Shown in pieces: positions 1 through 9,875 of a DNA stretch of 64,000 nt. Position 1 is the stretch's first letter; each line of letters opens with the position of its first letter. This DNA is from Candidatus Omnitrophota bacterium. GTDB taxonomy: Bacteria; Omnitrophota; Gorgyraeia; JAHJTE01. The position numbers and the translations under genes are program-made. The notes below the pieces were generated by a model. That model had not been told where the DNA came from. It did not search any database and worked only from the letters and a program-made list of their open reading frames with translations. The stretch covers positions 257,332 through 321,331 of the forward strand of contig JAHJTE010000001.1 of assembly GCA_018830005.1 (NCBI GenBank), in the 5' to 3' direction.

Positions 1-1020
1 TTGTTGCTTTTTATTGGAGCTTGCGTTATTTCGACTTCTTTGGCCTTATTAGCAGATGAAATTTCACTACAGGAGAGTTATTTTTATATCTTGAAATATT
101 TTGAGTATTTTTTGTTATATTTTATGGTCGTGAATAATATAAATAGCTTTAAACAGATTAAGATATTTACTGCTTTTCTTTTTCTTGTCTGCATTATAGT
201 TAGCTTTTATACTTATCCCCAAATTGCCGCACTGGAGAAGACCACAGCGCCATTTGAAGGACCAGGAGGTGGTGAACCAAATACCTTAGGCGGCTATCAA
301 ATATTATTGTTGGCTATTAGCGCAGGTGTACTTTTATATACTAAATCGCCATTCTGGAGATTTTCTAGCATTGGGCTTATTGTATCTACATTCCCTTCAT
401 TTTTATATACCCAGTCAAGAGGAAGTTATTTGGGATTTATATTTATGTATGCAGCCTTCATATTATTAAGTAGAAAGACCAGGATATTGTTTATTGTGCT
501 ATTAGTAATCGCTATACTTATTTTTCCTTTCGTTATTCCGCGAGTAGTTACAGATCGCATAGCTTACACATTTAAGTCTGGAGAAAAGTTCGATGTTTTT
601 GGCGAAACTGTAATCTTAGAGGATGCAGCAGCAGCACGCGTTAAGAATTTAAGATTAGTTTTCCGAGAATGGAAGAAGCGCCCGGTTTTTGGTTACGGGG
701 TTACCGGAGTAAGATTAGTAGATACTCAATATGCCCGTGTATTAGGGGAGACGGGAATTGTTGGCTCTTGGATATTTGTCTGGATGCTAGTAGCTATTTT
801 TAAGATTTGTTTTAGAGCCTTTAAGGCCACTGATGATAATTGGTCGAAAGGCCTAATAATAGGTTTTCAGGCTGGATTTATCGGGTTATTATTTCACTCC
901 TTCTCTGCCGAGACTTTTATTATTGTGCGGATTATGGAGCCGTTTTGGTTTTTTTTAGCGATGATTAATTTCATATCAAATAAAGCTAACGCAGAAGCTA
1001 ATGCTGAAAAATCAGCATAA
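1..1020 (+). CDS. O-antigen ligase/polymerase-like polytopic membrane protein (Wzy_C-like), 5'-partial at window edge
   Basis: Many predicted TM helices with a central larger loop; position at the head of a glycan locus; the ORF runs from base 1 so its N-terminus is missing. Confidence 0.45.
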   Translation: MLLFIGACVISTSLALLADEISLQESYFYILKYFEYFLLYFMVVNNINSFKQIKIFTAFLFLVCIIVSFYTYPQIAALEKTTAPFEGPGGGEPNTLGGYQILLLAISAGVLLYTKSPFWRFSSIGLIVSTFPSFLYTQSRGSYLGFIFMYAAFILLSRKTRILFIVLLVIAILIFPFVIPRVVTDRIAYTFKSGEKFDVFGETVILEDAAAARVKNLRLVFREWKKRPVFGYGVTGVRLVDTQYARVLGETGIVGSWIFVWMLVAIFKICFRAFKATDDNWSKGLIIGFQAGFIGLLFHSFSAETFIIVRIMEPFWFFLAMINFISNKANAEANAEKSA

Positions 1021-1039
1021 GTCAAGAGCCCAAGAGGAT

Positions 1040-2083
1040 ATGGGCAGTAATCTGGTAAGATTTCTAAAGAATATACTTAAAACCCTGTTTTATTATTTAG
1101 GAATTTTTAAGATTTTTGCTTTTATTTCTAAAAGCCAGAAGAGGATGCCCATTCTTCTTTATCATCGCGTTATACAGGATAGCTCTAGGAAAACGCACAC
1201 TTGCGCATTCGCCTTAAGGGGATTAGCGATTTCAAAGGAGGGGTTTCGAAGACAGATTGAGTATCTAGTTAGAAATTACAAAGTTATCAGTTTAGGAGAG
1301 TACATAAAAAAGAGGCAACTCAGGCAATCTCTTCGTGGTTGCGCTGTTATTACTTTCGATGACGGATTCAGGGATTTTAGAGAAACAGCATTAGGAGTGC
1401 TTAGAAAAAATAATTGTCCGGCAACAGTTTTTATTATTGGGAATAGCCAAAGGCAAGTTTACTGGCGGCATAAACTTTATGCGATTCTTGATCATTCAGA
1501 GAAAAAGCAGTGTAAATTTATGCTGGATTCCCGTACCCCTGTTTCTATATCCTTAATAAATGAAAATGATAAATATGCGACCTTACTTTTATTAATAGAT
1601 ATTTTAGAAAAATTATCAGACGAGAAGAGAGAGAATATTATTACTAGATTAAGAGAGGAATTGGCTGTTTCTAAAGGTGTCAATATTGACGATCTTTATC
1701 TTAGTCCGGGAGACTTAAAGAACTTGCTTAAGGCGAATCTGGAAATAGGCGCACATTCCCTGTCACATCGCGACTTAACAACGTTGGATAAGCAGAGTTT
1801 CAAGAGAGAAATAGATGATTCTTTAGAATATGTAAAAGAGATCACTGGGAAAAATGATGTATCTTTTTCTGTGCCCTTTGGTGTGATTAATGAGGAAATT
1901 GTTGAATATCTAAAGTTAAACAACGTCAAGGCTAACGTGACTGGCAAGGAAGGATTAAATAGGCACGATGAAGACATTTTTCTTTTAAAGAGATTATTTA
2001 TTGCAGAAGATAATCTGGCGCAATTTGTGTATAAAATCTCTGGGACGCAGATGTTTTTAAGAGACGTTTGGAAAAATTCATGA
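1040..2083 (+). CDS. polysaccharide deacetylase (NodB/CE4 family), N-terminal membrane anchor
   Basis: Carries ILLYHRV, ITFDDGFRDF and GAHSLSHRDL, which match the CE4 TFDDG and H-x-x-x-H motifs. The start is moved to ATG 1040, which follows an AAGAGGA ribosome-binding site; the track start at 1001 overlaps the upstream gene. Confidence 0.8.
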   Translation: MGSNLVRFLKNILKTLFYYLGIFKIFAFISKSQKRMPILLYHRVIQDSSRKTHTCAFALRGLAISKEGFRRQIEYLVRNYKVISLGEYIKKRQLRQSLRGCAVITFDDGFRDFRETALGVLRKNNCPATVFIIGNSQRQVYWRHKLYAILDHSEKKQCKFMLDSRTPVSISLINENDKYATLLLLIDILEKLSDEKRENIITRLREELAVSKGVNIDDLYLSPGDLKNLLKANLEIGAHSLSHRDLTTLDKQSFKREIDDSLEYVKEITGKNDVSFSVPFGVINEEIVEYLKLNNVKANVTGKEGLNRHDEDIFLLKRLFIAEDNLAQFVYKISGTQMFLRDVWKNS

Positions 2084-2108
2084 GGCATTAATTCCGACAA
2101 AAATAAAG

Positions 2109-3581
2109 ATGAATAAGCCATTCAATTTAAGAACTCATATGCTTAGCGGACTCAGGTGGGTTGGTCTTTCTCGATTATTTCGTTGCGGATTACAGATTGT
2201 CTTTATTGCTATTTTAGCCCGTCTGTTGTCTCCGGAAGATTTTGGTATTATGGCTATAGTGATGACGTTTATGGCCGCCTCTTTAATATTTGGAGATTTG
2301 GGTTTAAGTTCAGCTATTGTGCAGAAGAGGCAGATTAGAGAAATAACACTTTCCACATCATTATGGTTATGTATTTTAGCTGGTTTTATATTATTTATAA
2401 TAATGCTTAATTGTGCGCAATTGATATCGAGATTTTTCCGTAAAGAAATTATTGCTCCGCTTATTATGACTATATCCATAAAATTTATAATAGATTCTTT
2501 TGGCATCGTGCATGAGACATTGCTGCGAAAAGACCTGCTTTTTAAAAGGATAGCCTTTGTTGAAATCTCTGAAACTGTATTTTATGGCGCTTCTTCAGTA
2601 ATCTTTGCCTTAAATGGCTTTGGTGTTTGGAGTTTAGTTTTTGGATATCTCCTAGGCAGTCTAATCAGGACTATTTGTTTATGGGGGGCCTGCTCCTGGC
2701 GGCCGGCCTTAAGATTTAACTTAAGTAGCTTTGGGGAAATTTTTTATTTTGCCAGAAATGTGCTCGGCTTTAAGATAGTTAACTATTTAACTACCAACCT
2801 AGATCGTCTCATAATCGGCAGAATACTGGGAAGCGTTGCTTTAGGCTATTATTCCATGGCTTATAATATTTCTAATCTTCCCAGAGAAAAACTCTCTTCA
2901 ATAGTAAACAGAGTTGGTTTTCCTGCCTTTTCTAAGATACAGAATGATAAGATCCAGCTAAGGAATGCCTATTTAAAAATCATAACTTATGCAGCAATAA
3001 TAGTTTTTCCTTTGCTTTCTGGCTTAATTATTCTCTGCCCTGAATTTGTGAGGGTTGTATTTACGCAGAAATGGAGCGCAATGGTTGTCCCGCTTCAATA
3101 TTTATGCTTAGGGGCAATGTTTTTTTCTATAACCTCTTTTGTGGGGATAGTGTTTCTTGCTACAGGGCATGCGGAATTTGAATTACGTCTTTCTATTATT
3201 TCTTTGTTTTCAATTGTAATCGCTCTAATTTTTGGTGTTAGATTTGGTGTTGTCGGCATAGCCAGAGGAATTTGTATATATGCAGTAGTTATAAATATTA
3301 TTGGGCAGCTATTTATCAGGCAGCTGATTAAAATGGGTTTGAGGAGTTATTTAAAAGCATTGTATCCGGCGATAATTCCTTCGGCGATTATGTGTTTGGT
3401 CCTTAAATTGTTTTTAATATGGCAGAATTTGAATTTAGGATTAGGGGATATCTTGTTGCTTGTTAGTTCTGTGGCCTTAGGGCTGTTTATTTATCTTTTG
3501 AGCCTTTTTGTTGTAAGCCCTTCCTTAGCTAAAGAGATCAGAGAAATGTTCATTATCAAAAACCATGAGAGCCTCACTTAA
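2109..3581 (+). CDS. Wzx-like polysaccharide flippase (MOP/polysaccharide biosynthesis protein family)
   Basis: 490 aa with about 12-14 TM segments; N-terminal region (LSRLFRCGLQIVFIAILARLLSPEDFGIMAI) typical of Wzx/RfbX proteins. Confidence 0.75.
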   Translation: MNKPFNLRTHMLSGLRWVGLSRLFRCGLQIVFIAILARLLSPEDFGIMAIVMTFMAASLIFGDLGLSSAIVQKRQIREITLSTSLWLCILAGFILFIIMLNCAQLISRFFRKEIIAPLIMTISIKFIIDSFGIVHETLLRKDLLFKRIAFVEISETVFYGASSVIFALNGFGVWSLVFGYLLGSLIRTICLWGACSWRPALRFNLSSFGEIFYFARNVLGFKIVNYLTTNLDRLIIGRILGSVALGYYSMAYNISNLPREKLSSIVNRVGFPAFSKIQNDKIQLRNAYLKIITYAAIIVFPLLSGLIILCPEFVRVVFTQKWSAMVVPLQYLCLGAMFFSITSFVGIVFLATGHAEFELRLSIISLFSIVIALIFGVRFGVVGIARGICIYAVVINIIGQLFIRQLIKMGLRSYLKALYPAIIPSAIMCLVLKLFLIWQNLNLGLGDILLLVSSVALGLFIYLLSLFVVSPSLAKEIREMFIIKNHESLT

Positions 3582-4230
3582 AATTCTCTATCACAAAATT
3601 GTTTCTAAAGTTAAGTCATTGGATAAGGCTACGTCCTATAAACTTGGAGATATCCTGAGGAACTTGACGGACGTCAATACGAGAAGGTACTGGGATCGCA
3701 TATTTTCAAAAACAGATGAGTTCTTGCGCGATTTTCCTTATGAACCTTTAAAGGATATCTTGCCTAAAGACAGGTCATTTTCTCTTCTGGATATAGGTTG
3801 CGCCATGGGGGATGGCTTAAATATTTTAAAAACATATTTTCCTAAGGCGCATTTTGAGGGGGCAGATATAAGTGCAGTTGGTATAGAAAAGGCCAAGGTT
3901 AAAACTAAAGATATTAATTATTTTGTTTTAGATTTAAAGACTCAGGAGCCACCCAGGAAATATGACTTTATCACATTAATCCACACTTTGGAACACTTCA
4001 ATGATCCCTTCGCTATTGTAGATAAATGTTTAAAGTTTACTAATGAAGCGCTGATTGTGCGCACACCTTATATAGAGCAGTTTGATAATCCCCGGCTTTA
4101 TTTAAGCGGTGAGCATCGGCATCTTTTTAATAAACATACATTCGAAAAGTATAATTGCGAAGTCTTACATATTAGTGACCATATCGAGGCGGGCGGGTAC
4201 AAATATATTTTGTATAGAATAGAACCATAA
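3565..4230 (+). CDS. class I SAM-dependent methyltransferase
   Basis: Motif I LDIGCAMGDG and a post-I acidic residue; size about 220 aa. Confidence 0.7.
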   Translation: MRASLKILYHKIVSKVKSLDKATSYKLGDILRNLTDVNTRRYWDRIFSKTDEFLRDFPYEPLKDILPKDRSFSLLDIGCAMGDGLNILKTYFPKAHFEGADISAVGIEKAKVKTKDINYFVLDLKTQEPPRKYDFITLIHTLEHFNDPFAIVDKCLKFTNEALIVRTPYIEQFDNPRLYLSGEHRHLFNKHTFEKYNCEVLHISDHIEAGGYKYILYRIEP

Positions 4231-4242
4231 TTTCTTTAATTA

Positions 4243-5058
4243 ATGGTGCTTAATATATTACTTAGATTAAGGGATAAGATTTCAAAGATTTTGATGTTTT
4301 CTGAAATTTACTGGCTTCCTCGCTACTATTCATTACTTAAAATAGCTAAATTTAAGAAAGGTGGATTGATATTAGATGCTGGTTGCGCACAGGGATTAAT
4401 TGCGATAGCGCTGGCCAAAAAGGGATTAAGGGTTATTGGCATTGATAAGTCAATTGAGGAAATTGCTCAAGCAAGAAAGCTTGTCTTTGATAAGGGTCTT
4501 AACAGCAAAATTCATTTTGTTGTTTGCGATCTATGTAACTTGCCTTTTAGCGGGAATCATTTTGATCATGTCATATCTCTAGATACCTTGGAATATATTG
4601 AAGATGATTTAACGGCTTTAAGAGAATGCGCCAGAGTGCTGAAGGCGCAAGGGAAATTAAGACTCGCCTTACCGCTAGGTTATGCCTGTAGCGCTAATCT
4701 TTTTTCCGTTCAACGAATATTGAGGAGATTGATACCTCATTCTTTCTTTAGCAGAGATTTGCCGCAAGGCAAAGCCTGGTTAGAGGCCGACGATGATTAT
4801 ATGATGAGAAAGCTCGGTGATGTGCGTAAGTATTCCTTGCAAGAAATAAAGAAAAAAACAGAGCCTCTTTTTAGGCTTTTGCGTAGTGTTTATTTCTTGA
4901 AGATATTTAGCTCTTTAGCTACGGATATAACTTATGGGATAAGAGGTCTAAGTAGATTTAAGTTCATTTTCTTTTTTCCTGCGGTACGAATTGATTATTA
5001 TGCCCAGAATAAGCAGCCCGGCTATGGTTTATTTTTAGAGTTAGTCAAGAAGGGATAG
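4243..5058 (+). CDS. class I SAM-dependent methyltransferase
   Basis: Motif I LDAGCAQGLIAIALA, acidic loop GIDKS, and a Methyltransf_11-like motif ISLDTLEYIED. Confidence 0.65.
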   Translation: MVLNILLRLRDKISKILMFSEIYWLPRYYSLLKIAKFKKGGLILDAGCAQGLIAIALAKKGLRVIGIDKSIEEIAQARKLVFDKGLNSKIHFVVCDLCNLPFSGNHFDHVISLDTLEYIEDDLTALRECARVLKAQGKLRLALPLGYACSANLFSVQRILRRLIPHSFFSRDLPQGKAWLEADDDYMMRKLGDVRKYSLQEIKKKTEPLFRLLRSVYFLKIFSSLATDITYGIRGLSRFKFIFFFPAVRIDYYAQNKQPGYGLFLELVKKG

Positions 5059-5072
5059 TATAACTTAAAGAA

Positions 5073-6311
5073 ATGAAAATATTAAGCATTTCTAATCTGG
5101 ATATCTGGCCAGCAGGAGAGAATAAGGGCATACCTTCAATATTTTTTTCACAAAAAGGATTTGTCCAAAGAGGCCATGAGGTATTTTTTTTATCTCCAGC
5201 TAAGATGGGAAAAAGAGGTCAGGAGCTTTATCAGGGAATTAAAATTTTCAGATTTAAATTTCCCTTTTTGCGTTTATTCAGTTCTATTTCTTCTTTACGC
5301 TTAGATAGGTTTTGCTCTCATATAAAAAGCACCTTTCTTTCAAATTTAGAATTGTTATTTTTTCAGCTTCTTTCTTTATTTTGGGCGATTAAGATTGGCT
5401 GCAAGTTAAGGCCAGATCTTATTTATGTCCATAGCCTCACCCCTAGTTTTGTGGGGTGGTTAGCAAGTAAGTTACTAAGAACTAGGCTTGTGTTTAGAAT
5501 ATACGGAACCATAGACCTTTATTGGAAATTTAGGCGTCCCTTAGCCAGGATAAAAGAATTTAGGAGCTATCTTGTTTTTAAGTTAAGGCCAGATTATTTT
5601 GTAATTACTAGAGACGGCACTCAAGGTGCACGCTTAGCTAAGAAGTTAGGGGTAAGAGAGGAGAAAATAATAGATTACCGCAATGGTGTAGATTTTTCTA
5701 TGTATGCCCCAAACCTATATACCAAAGAAAAACTCTGCCAAGAATTAGGGATAGGGACGGATTCTAAGATTATACTTTCTCTTTCAAAGTTAATTCCTTT
5801 CTACGCAGTGGAGCGACTTATATTCTCTCTTGTAGAGCTTTTCAAAGTCGATCCCCATATCGTTTGTATCGTAGCCAGGGATGGTCCAGAAATGGCCAAA
5901 TTAAAGGAGTTTGTTAGCAATAATAATATTGAGAATAGAGTTATTTTTGTTGGCTACGTTGATCGGGAATTTGTTAAGAAATTGCTCAATGTCTGTGATG
6001 TTTTTGTCTCTGTATCAGAATACAGCAATACCAATAATGCCTTATTTGAGGCGATGGTCTGTGCCAGATGTATTGTAACCTTAAAGGATGAAACTATAGA
6101 GGAGACCCTTACTCATAAGAAGAATGCAATTCTAGTTCCTTTAGAAGAATTAAATAGCTTATCTAATATATTAGGAAAAGTTTTATCTGACGACTCAATG
6201 CGAGAGAGGCTAGGTAGGCAAGCCCAGAGCAGGGCTAGAGAAATTCTAGAGAGCTGGCCCGAGAGAATTGATAGGGAGGCGCAGTTACTCGAAGCTTTAA
6301 TAAAATCATAG
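5073..6311 (+). CDS. glycosyltransferase, GT4-like (GT-B fold)
   Basis: C-terminal glycos_transf_1-like region (SEYSNTNNALFEAMVCARCIVT, matching the E-x-FG-x-x-x-EAMA-x-G pattern); about 410 aa. Confidence 0.6.
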   Translation: MKILSISNLDIWPAGENKGIPSIFFSQKGFVQRGHEVFFLSPAKMGKRGQELYQGIKIFRFKFPFLRLFSSISSLRLDRFCSHIKSTFLSNLELLFFQLLSLFWAIKIGCKLRPDLIYVHSLTPSFVGWLASKLLRTRLVFRIYGTIDLYWKFRRPLARIKEFRSYLVFKLRPDYFVITRDGTQGARLAKKLGVREEKIIDYRNGVDFSMYAPNLYTKEKLCQELGIGTDSKIILSLSKLIPFYAVERLIFSLVELFKVDPHIVCIVARDGPEMAKLKEFVSNNNIENRVIFVGYVDREFVKKLLNVCDVFVSVSEYSNTNNALFEAMVCARCIVTLKDETIEETLTHKKNAILVPLEELNSLSNILGKVLSDDSMRERLGRQAQSRAREILESWPERIDREAQLLEALIKS

Positions 6312-6392
6312 CAAGATTAAATAAGCAATAAAGGAGGCTAAAAACAGGGATTGGGGGACACATTTTATCTTAGCAGCAGGATTACTAGAGAG

Positions 6393-6418
6393 TTGTGGCT
6401 ATAATAAGTCAGCCACAA
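6393..6418 (+). terminator. hairpin (8-bp stem ttgtggct / agccacaa, 10-nt loop) about 80 nt downstream of the GT4 gene; possible terminator
   Basis: Perfect inverted repeat read directly from the sequence; the following tract (gctactctgttttgtcgg) is only moderately T-rich. Confidence 0.3.
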
Positions 6419-6594
6419 GCTACTCTGTTTTGTCGGTTATTGATAGAATTCCGGCGTACTTTCATCGCGTCTATGCCCATATCTTAGTGGATTAGCCAAA
6501 GATATTAGATGCAGCCATAGAGATATTTACAGGAATAAAGACCGGCGTAAATGAGGACTCTTATGAATACAAGAGGATCAAGGAAGATGAGTCT

Positions 6595-7016
6595 ATGTTA
6601 AGAGGTTATCTAAAAGATGCCAGAAAAATAATTATAGAGAACGAAAATTTAATAAGAGGAACAAATCCAGATCTGCGTCAGCGTCTTAGAGAGGCTGGCT
6701 ATAGGATAGCCCTGGTACCAGAAACCTGGGCATATCATCCTGCGCCAGGTAACTTCCTTGAGTTGATAAGTGTTTTTTTAAGAAAGGCATATGTTCAGCT
6801 TGGGTTTTCAAGAATTATCCAGAGTTGGTTTATGAGGCGCCTATCCATGAGCAGTCTCAATTTGTGGGTGAGGTGAGTCTGCGATATAGACTACAGCGAC
6901 ATCTTAAGATCATGTTTAAATCTTTTTTTTCTTTAAAATTAATACTTTTAGCCGTTGAATTAAGTTATAGCACAGGTTATGTCATTGGTTTATTGAGACC
7001 TCGGAGGCTGCAATAG
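6595..7016 (+). pseudogene. GT2 glycosyltransferase remnant (C-terminal third only, frameshifted)
   Basis: The 93-aa ORF (NLIRGTNPDLRQRLREAGYRIALVPETWAYHP) matches the GT2 C-terminal block (ED-x-DLCLRLRKAGYKIVYVPEA-x-VYH) but has lost the ED dyad. The hydrophobic tail continues in another frame (6825-7016). No N-terminal GT2 domain is present in the upstream 280 bp. Confidence 0.5.
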
Positions 7017-7027
7017 ATAAACTTAAT

Positions 7028-7798
7028 ATGAAAGCAATTATTATTGCCGCAGGCATGGGGAGTCGTTTGAGTCCATTAACACGTAGTCTGCCTAAATGTA
7101 TGTTGCAGTTTAAGGGTAAGTCACTTCTAGAGCGCCAGCTTGAAGTCTTTAAAGCAGTTAATATAAAGAACATCATCTTGATTAAGGGGTATAGAAAAGA
7201 AAAAATAGATTATCCTAAAATTAAATATTATATCAACGATGACTATGAGAATAATAATATATTGAATTCTTTATTCTATGCAGAGCAAGAGATAGTAGGG
7301 GATGTTATTGTTTCCTATTCAGATATTCTCTTTAAAAGAAGCGTATTAGAAAAACTGCTTACCTCAAAAAATGACATTTCAATCGTAGTGGATAGAGACT
7401 GGAAAGAGAGTTATAAAGGGCGTAAATATCACCCTCAGGAAGAGGCGGAAAAGGTCATACTGGATGCTAATAATAATGTTTTGGAGATAGGGAAGGTCCT
7501 ATCAAAAAATCATGCTGTTTCTGGAGAATTTATTGGTTTGATGAAACTTAGCTCAAGCGGCTCAGGAATATTCAGAGAACATTTTAAAAGAGTGAAAAAG
7601 ATTTATTGGGGAAAGCCTTTTCAGAAAGCCGCTATCTTTCAAAAGGCCTATTTAACCGACATGATTCAAGAGATGTTGGATTGCGGTGCAAAGATTAACT
7701 CTGTAGTCATTGAGGGTGGTTGGAGAGAAATCGATACGATTGAAGATTACGAGAAGGCCTTAAAGGAATTGGGGCAATGTAGTGAATCCCATGATTAA
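7028..7798 (+). CDS. LicC-like sugar/alcohol-phosphate cytidylyltransferase (NTP_transferase fold)
   Basis: Begins MKAIIIAAGMGSRLSPLT (the G-x-G-t-R-L nucleotide loop). The C-terminal region GGWREIDTIEDYEKAL resembles the W-x-E-I/D-D-x-x-DY region of the LicC, phosphocholine and inositol-phosphate cytidylyltransferase group; about 256 aa. Confidence 0.75.
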   Translation: MKAIIIAAGMGSRLSPLTRSLPKCMLQFKGKSLLERQLEVFKAVNIKNIILIKGYRKEKIDYPKIKYYINDDYENNNILNSLFYAEQEIVGDVIVSYSDILFKRSVLEKLLTSKNDISIVVDRDWKESYKGRKYHPQEEAEKVILDANNNVLEIGKVLSKNHAVSGEFIGLMKLSSSGSGIFREHFKRVKKIYWGKPFQKAAIFQKAYLTDMIQEMLDCGAKINSVVIEGGWREIDTIEDYEKALKELGQCSESHD

Positions 7799-9092
7799 AA
7801 ATTTTTCTAACGACAATGATGTAAAGAAGAAGCTTAAATATTGGCGCAGAAGAGTTTTTATTTCTCTTTGGATAACCTATGCCTCATTTTATTTATGTCG
7901 AGTGAATATCTCTATTGCAATCCCTGGGATGTTAGAAGAGTATGCTCTGACAAAGACAGCTATGGGCGTAATACTCAGTGCTCTATTTTCTGCCTATGCT
8001 CTGGGACAATTTATAAATGGACAGTTAGGAGATAAATTTGGAGCCAGAAAATTAATCGCTTTGGGAGCAGTTGTTTCTTCGATATTGAATTTGATCTTTC
8101 CTGTCCTTCCGGGAATTGTATCAGTTTTAGCAATAGTTTGGGGCTTAAATGGATATTTTCAATCCATGGGATGGGCACCCAGTACCAAGACGATAGCTAA
8201 TTGGTTTCCAAGAAGTAGCCGGGGTAAGATTACCGGTATCTTCGGCTCTTGCTATCAAGTTGGTAATGCTTTTAGCTGGGCCTTAGCTGGATTTGTGGTA
8301 GGGTTGTTCGGGTGGCGATTTGCCTTTTGGATTCCCGCGGTTATTCTTATGTTTATTGCAATACAATGGTTTATTAACGGTCGCAATGCTCCCGAAGAAT
8401 TGGGTTTGCCTACAGTTGAGGATTGCCGAAATGGGACCTTTGATGTCAGAGAGAAAGCAAAAGATGAACATTTAGGGTTTAAGTTTACAATGCGTACTGT
8501 GTTGAGTAATCCTCAGATTTGGATGACCGGATTTGCTTTATTCGGTTTAAATATTGTAAGATATGGTTTTATGAGTTGGGCTCCTACTTATATGTTTGAG
8601 ATGGAGAATGTATCTGTGTCAGTCGCAGCTTACAAGGCGATAGCTATACCACTTGTTGGTTCCTTGGGTGCTTTTTTTGCTGGGTGGATTTCGGATAAAT
8701 TCTTTCAATCTCGTAGAGCCCCGATAGTAGTCTTTATGCTCATAGGTCTTATGTTTTTTACTATAATCTATCCTCATCTAAAGCATTTGCATTGGATCTT
8801 TAGTCTAATTTGTCTTATGGCTATAGGATTTACGATATATGGTCCGCATGTAATGATCTGTGCTACAATCCCTATGGATTATGCTTCTCGTAAGGCAACT
8901 GCCTCGGCAGCGGGGTTTATCGATGGCTTAGGATATATTGGCGCCGCATTGACCGGAGTTATTTCAGGATTTTTAGTTGATAATTATGGATGGAATGCAG
9001 CGTTTTATTTTTGGGTGACAGCAGTCTTTTTAGCTGTAATTTTGATGTCTTTGCAGTGGAGATACATTCCTAAAAGTGGTAAATATGAATAA
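7782..9092 (+). CDS. MFS transporter, organophosphate:Pi antiporter (OPA; GlpT/UhpT-like) family
   Basis: 12 TM segments. The N-terminal region WRRRVFISLWITYASFYLCRVNISIA resembles the GlpT/UhpT signature (R-x-x-I/F-x-x-x-F-x-G-Y-x-x-x-Y-L-x-R-K-N-F); about 436 aa. Confidence 0.7.
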   Translation: MNPMIKNFSNDNDVKKKLKYWRRRVFISLWITYASFYLCRVNISIAIPGMLEEYALTKTAMGVILSALFSAYALGQFINGQLGDKFGARKLIALGAVVSSILNLIFPVLPGIVSVLAIVWGLNGYFQSMGWAPSTKTIANWFPRSSRGKITGIFGSCYQVGNAFSWALAGFVVGLFGWRFAFWIPAVILMFIAIQWFINGRNAPEELGLPTVEDCRNGTFDVREKAKDEHLGFKFTMRTVLSNPQIWMTGFALFGLNIVRYGFMSWAPTYMFEMENVSVSVAAYKAIAIPLVGSLGAFFAGWISDKFFQSRRAPIVVFMLIGLMFFTIIYPHLKHLHWIFSLICLMAIGFTIYGPHVMICATIPMDYASRKATASAAGFIDGLGYIGAALTGVISGFLVDNYGWNAAFYFWVTAVFLAVILMSLQWRYIPKSGKYE

Positions 9093-9101
9093 GAACTAGA
9101 G

Positions 9102-9818
9102 GTGGATATGTTTGAGAATTTAGGTGAGATAAAAAAGACACAGAAATCTATGGAATGGTGGACAGAGCTTGTTATATATAAGTTCTCAACCCCCTTAGTC
9201 TCGTTGCTTAAGGATACTTCCATAACTGCAAATCAACTCACTTTAATTTCGCTAAGTGTTGTGATAATCGCATCTTTCATAATAGCCTTGGGTAATTATG
9301 CAGGTTTAATAATAGCAGCAATCTTATTACAGATTAGTTTTATACTAGATAATGCGGATGGACAGCTGGCTCGATATAGGAAGCAGGCCTCTGCATTTGG
9401 TCACTGGCTAGATTCTACATGCGATAGACTCTGTGAACTTTTCATACTTATGGCTCTGACTTATAGATTTTCTTTTGCCAACGACAAGGCATTATTTTTC
9501 GGTTTTTTTAGCCTTTTTCTTATTTATTATTATAACGGATTAGAGTTAAGAAATCCTGCTTATGTTGATCCTAAAGAGAAAAACAAGATAGAGGCTAAAG
9601 AAGGTGCTTTTTTTAGTCAGCTTAGAGTAGTTAAGAATAGACTTAAATGGATACCCTTTAATACGGGAGAGCAATATTTTTTATTCTCGTTATTTTTGGT
9701 TTTGAATCGAATAGATCTCTTCTTTTACTTCTTTATATGTTACGGCAGCCTATTTATAATTTTTCTTAGCGCTTATAAATATTATCAATATAGATTGTTG
9801 ATGAGAGAAGGCCGTTGA
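9102..9818 (+). CDS. CDP-alcohol phosphatidyltransferase family protein
   Basis: Contains LDNADGQLARYRKQASAFGHWLDSTCDRLCE, which fits the family signature D-G-x2-A-R-x8-G-x3-D-x3-D exactly; polytopic membrane protein; the start follows a GAGGTGG ribosome-binding site. Confidence 0.8.
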   Translation: MDMFENLGEIKKTQKSMEWWTELVIYKFSTPLVSLLKDTSITANQLTLISLSVVIIASFIIALGNYAGLIIAAILLQISFILDNADGQLARYRKQASAFGHWLDSTCDRLCELFILMALTYRFSFANDKALFFGFFSLFLIYYYNGLELRNPAYVDPKEKNKIEAKEGAFFSQLRVVKNRLKWIPFNTGEQYFLFSLFLVLNRIDLFFYFFICYGSLFIIFLSAYKYYQYRLLMREGR

Positions 9819-9875
9819 TAGAAAAGGTTGTTAGCTTAAAGTAATCTTAAGTCTTTTTAGGCCAGATAAATTAAT

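Noticed and set aside
1001-1039. Track start at ATG 1001 for the first NodB deacetylase, and TTG 42103 for ptsN
   Set aside because: ATG 1040 has a proper AAGAGGA ribosome-binding site and does not overlap the upstream gene; ATG 42106 sits 6 nt after GACGGAGG. The longer forms add non-conserved residues.
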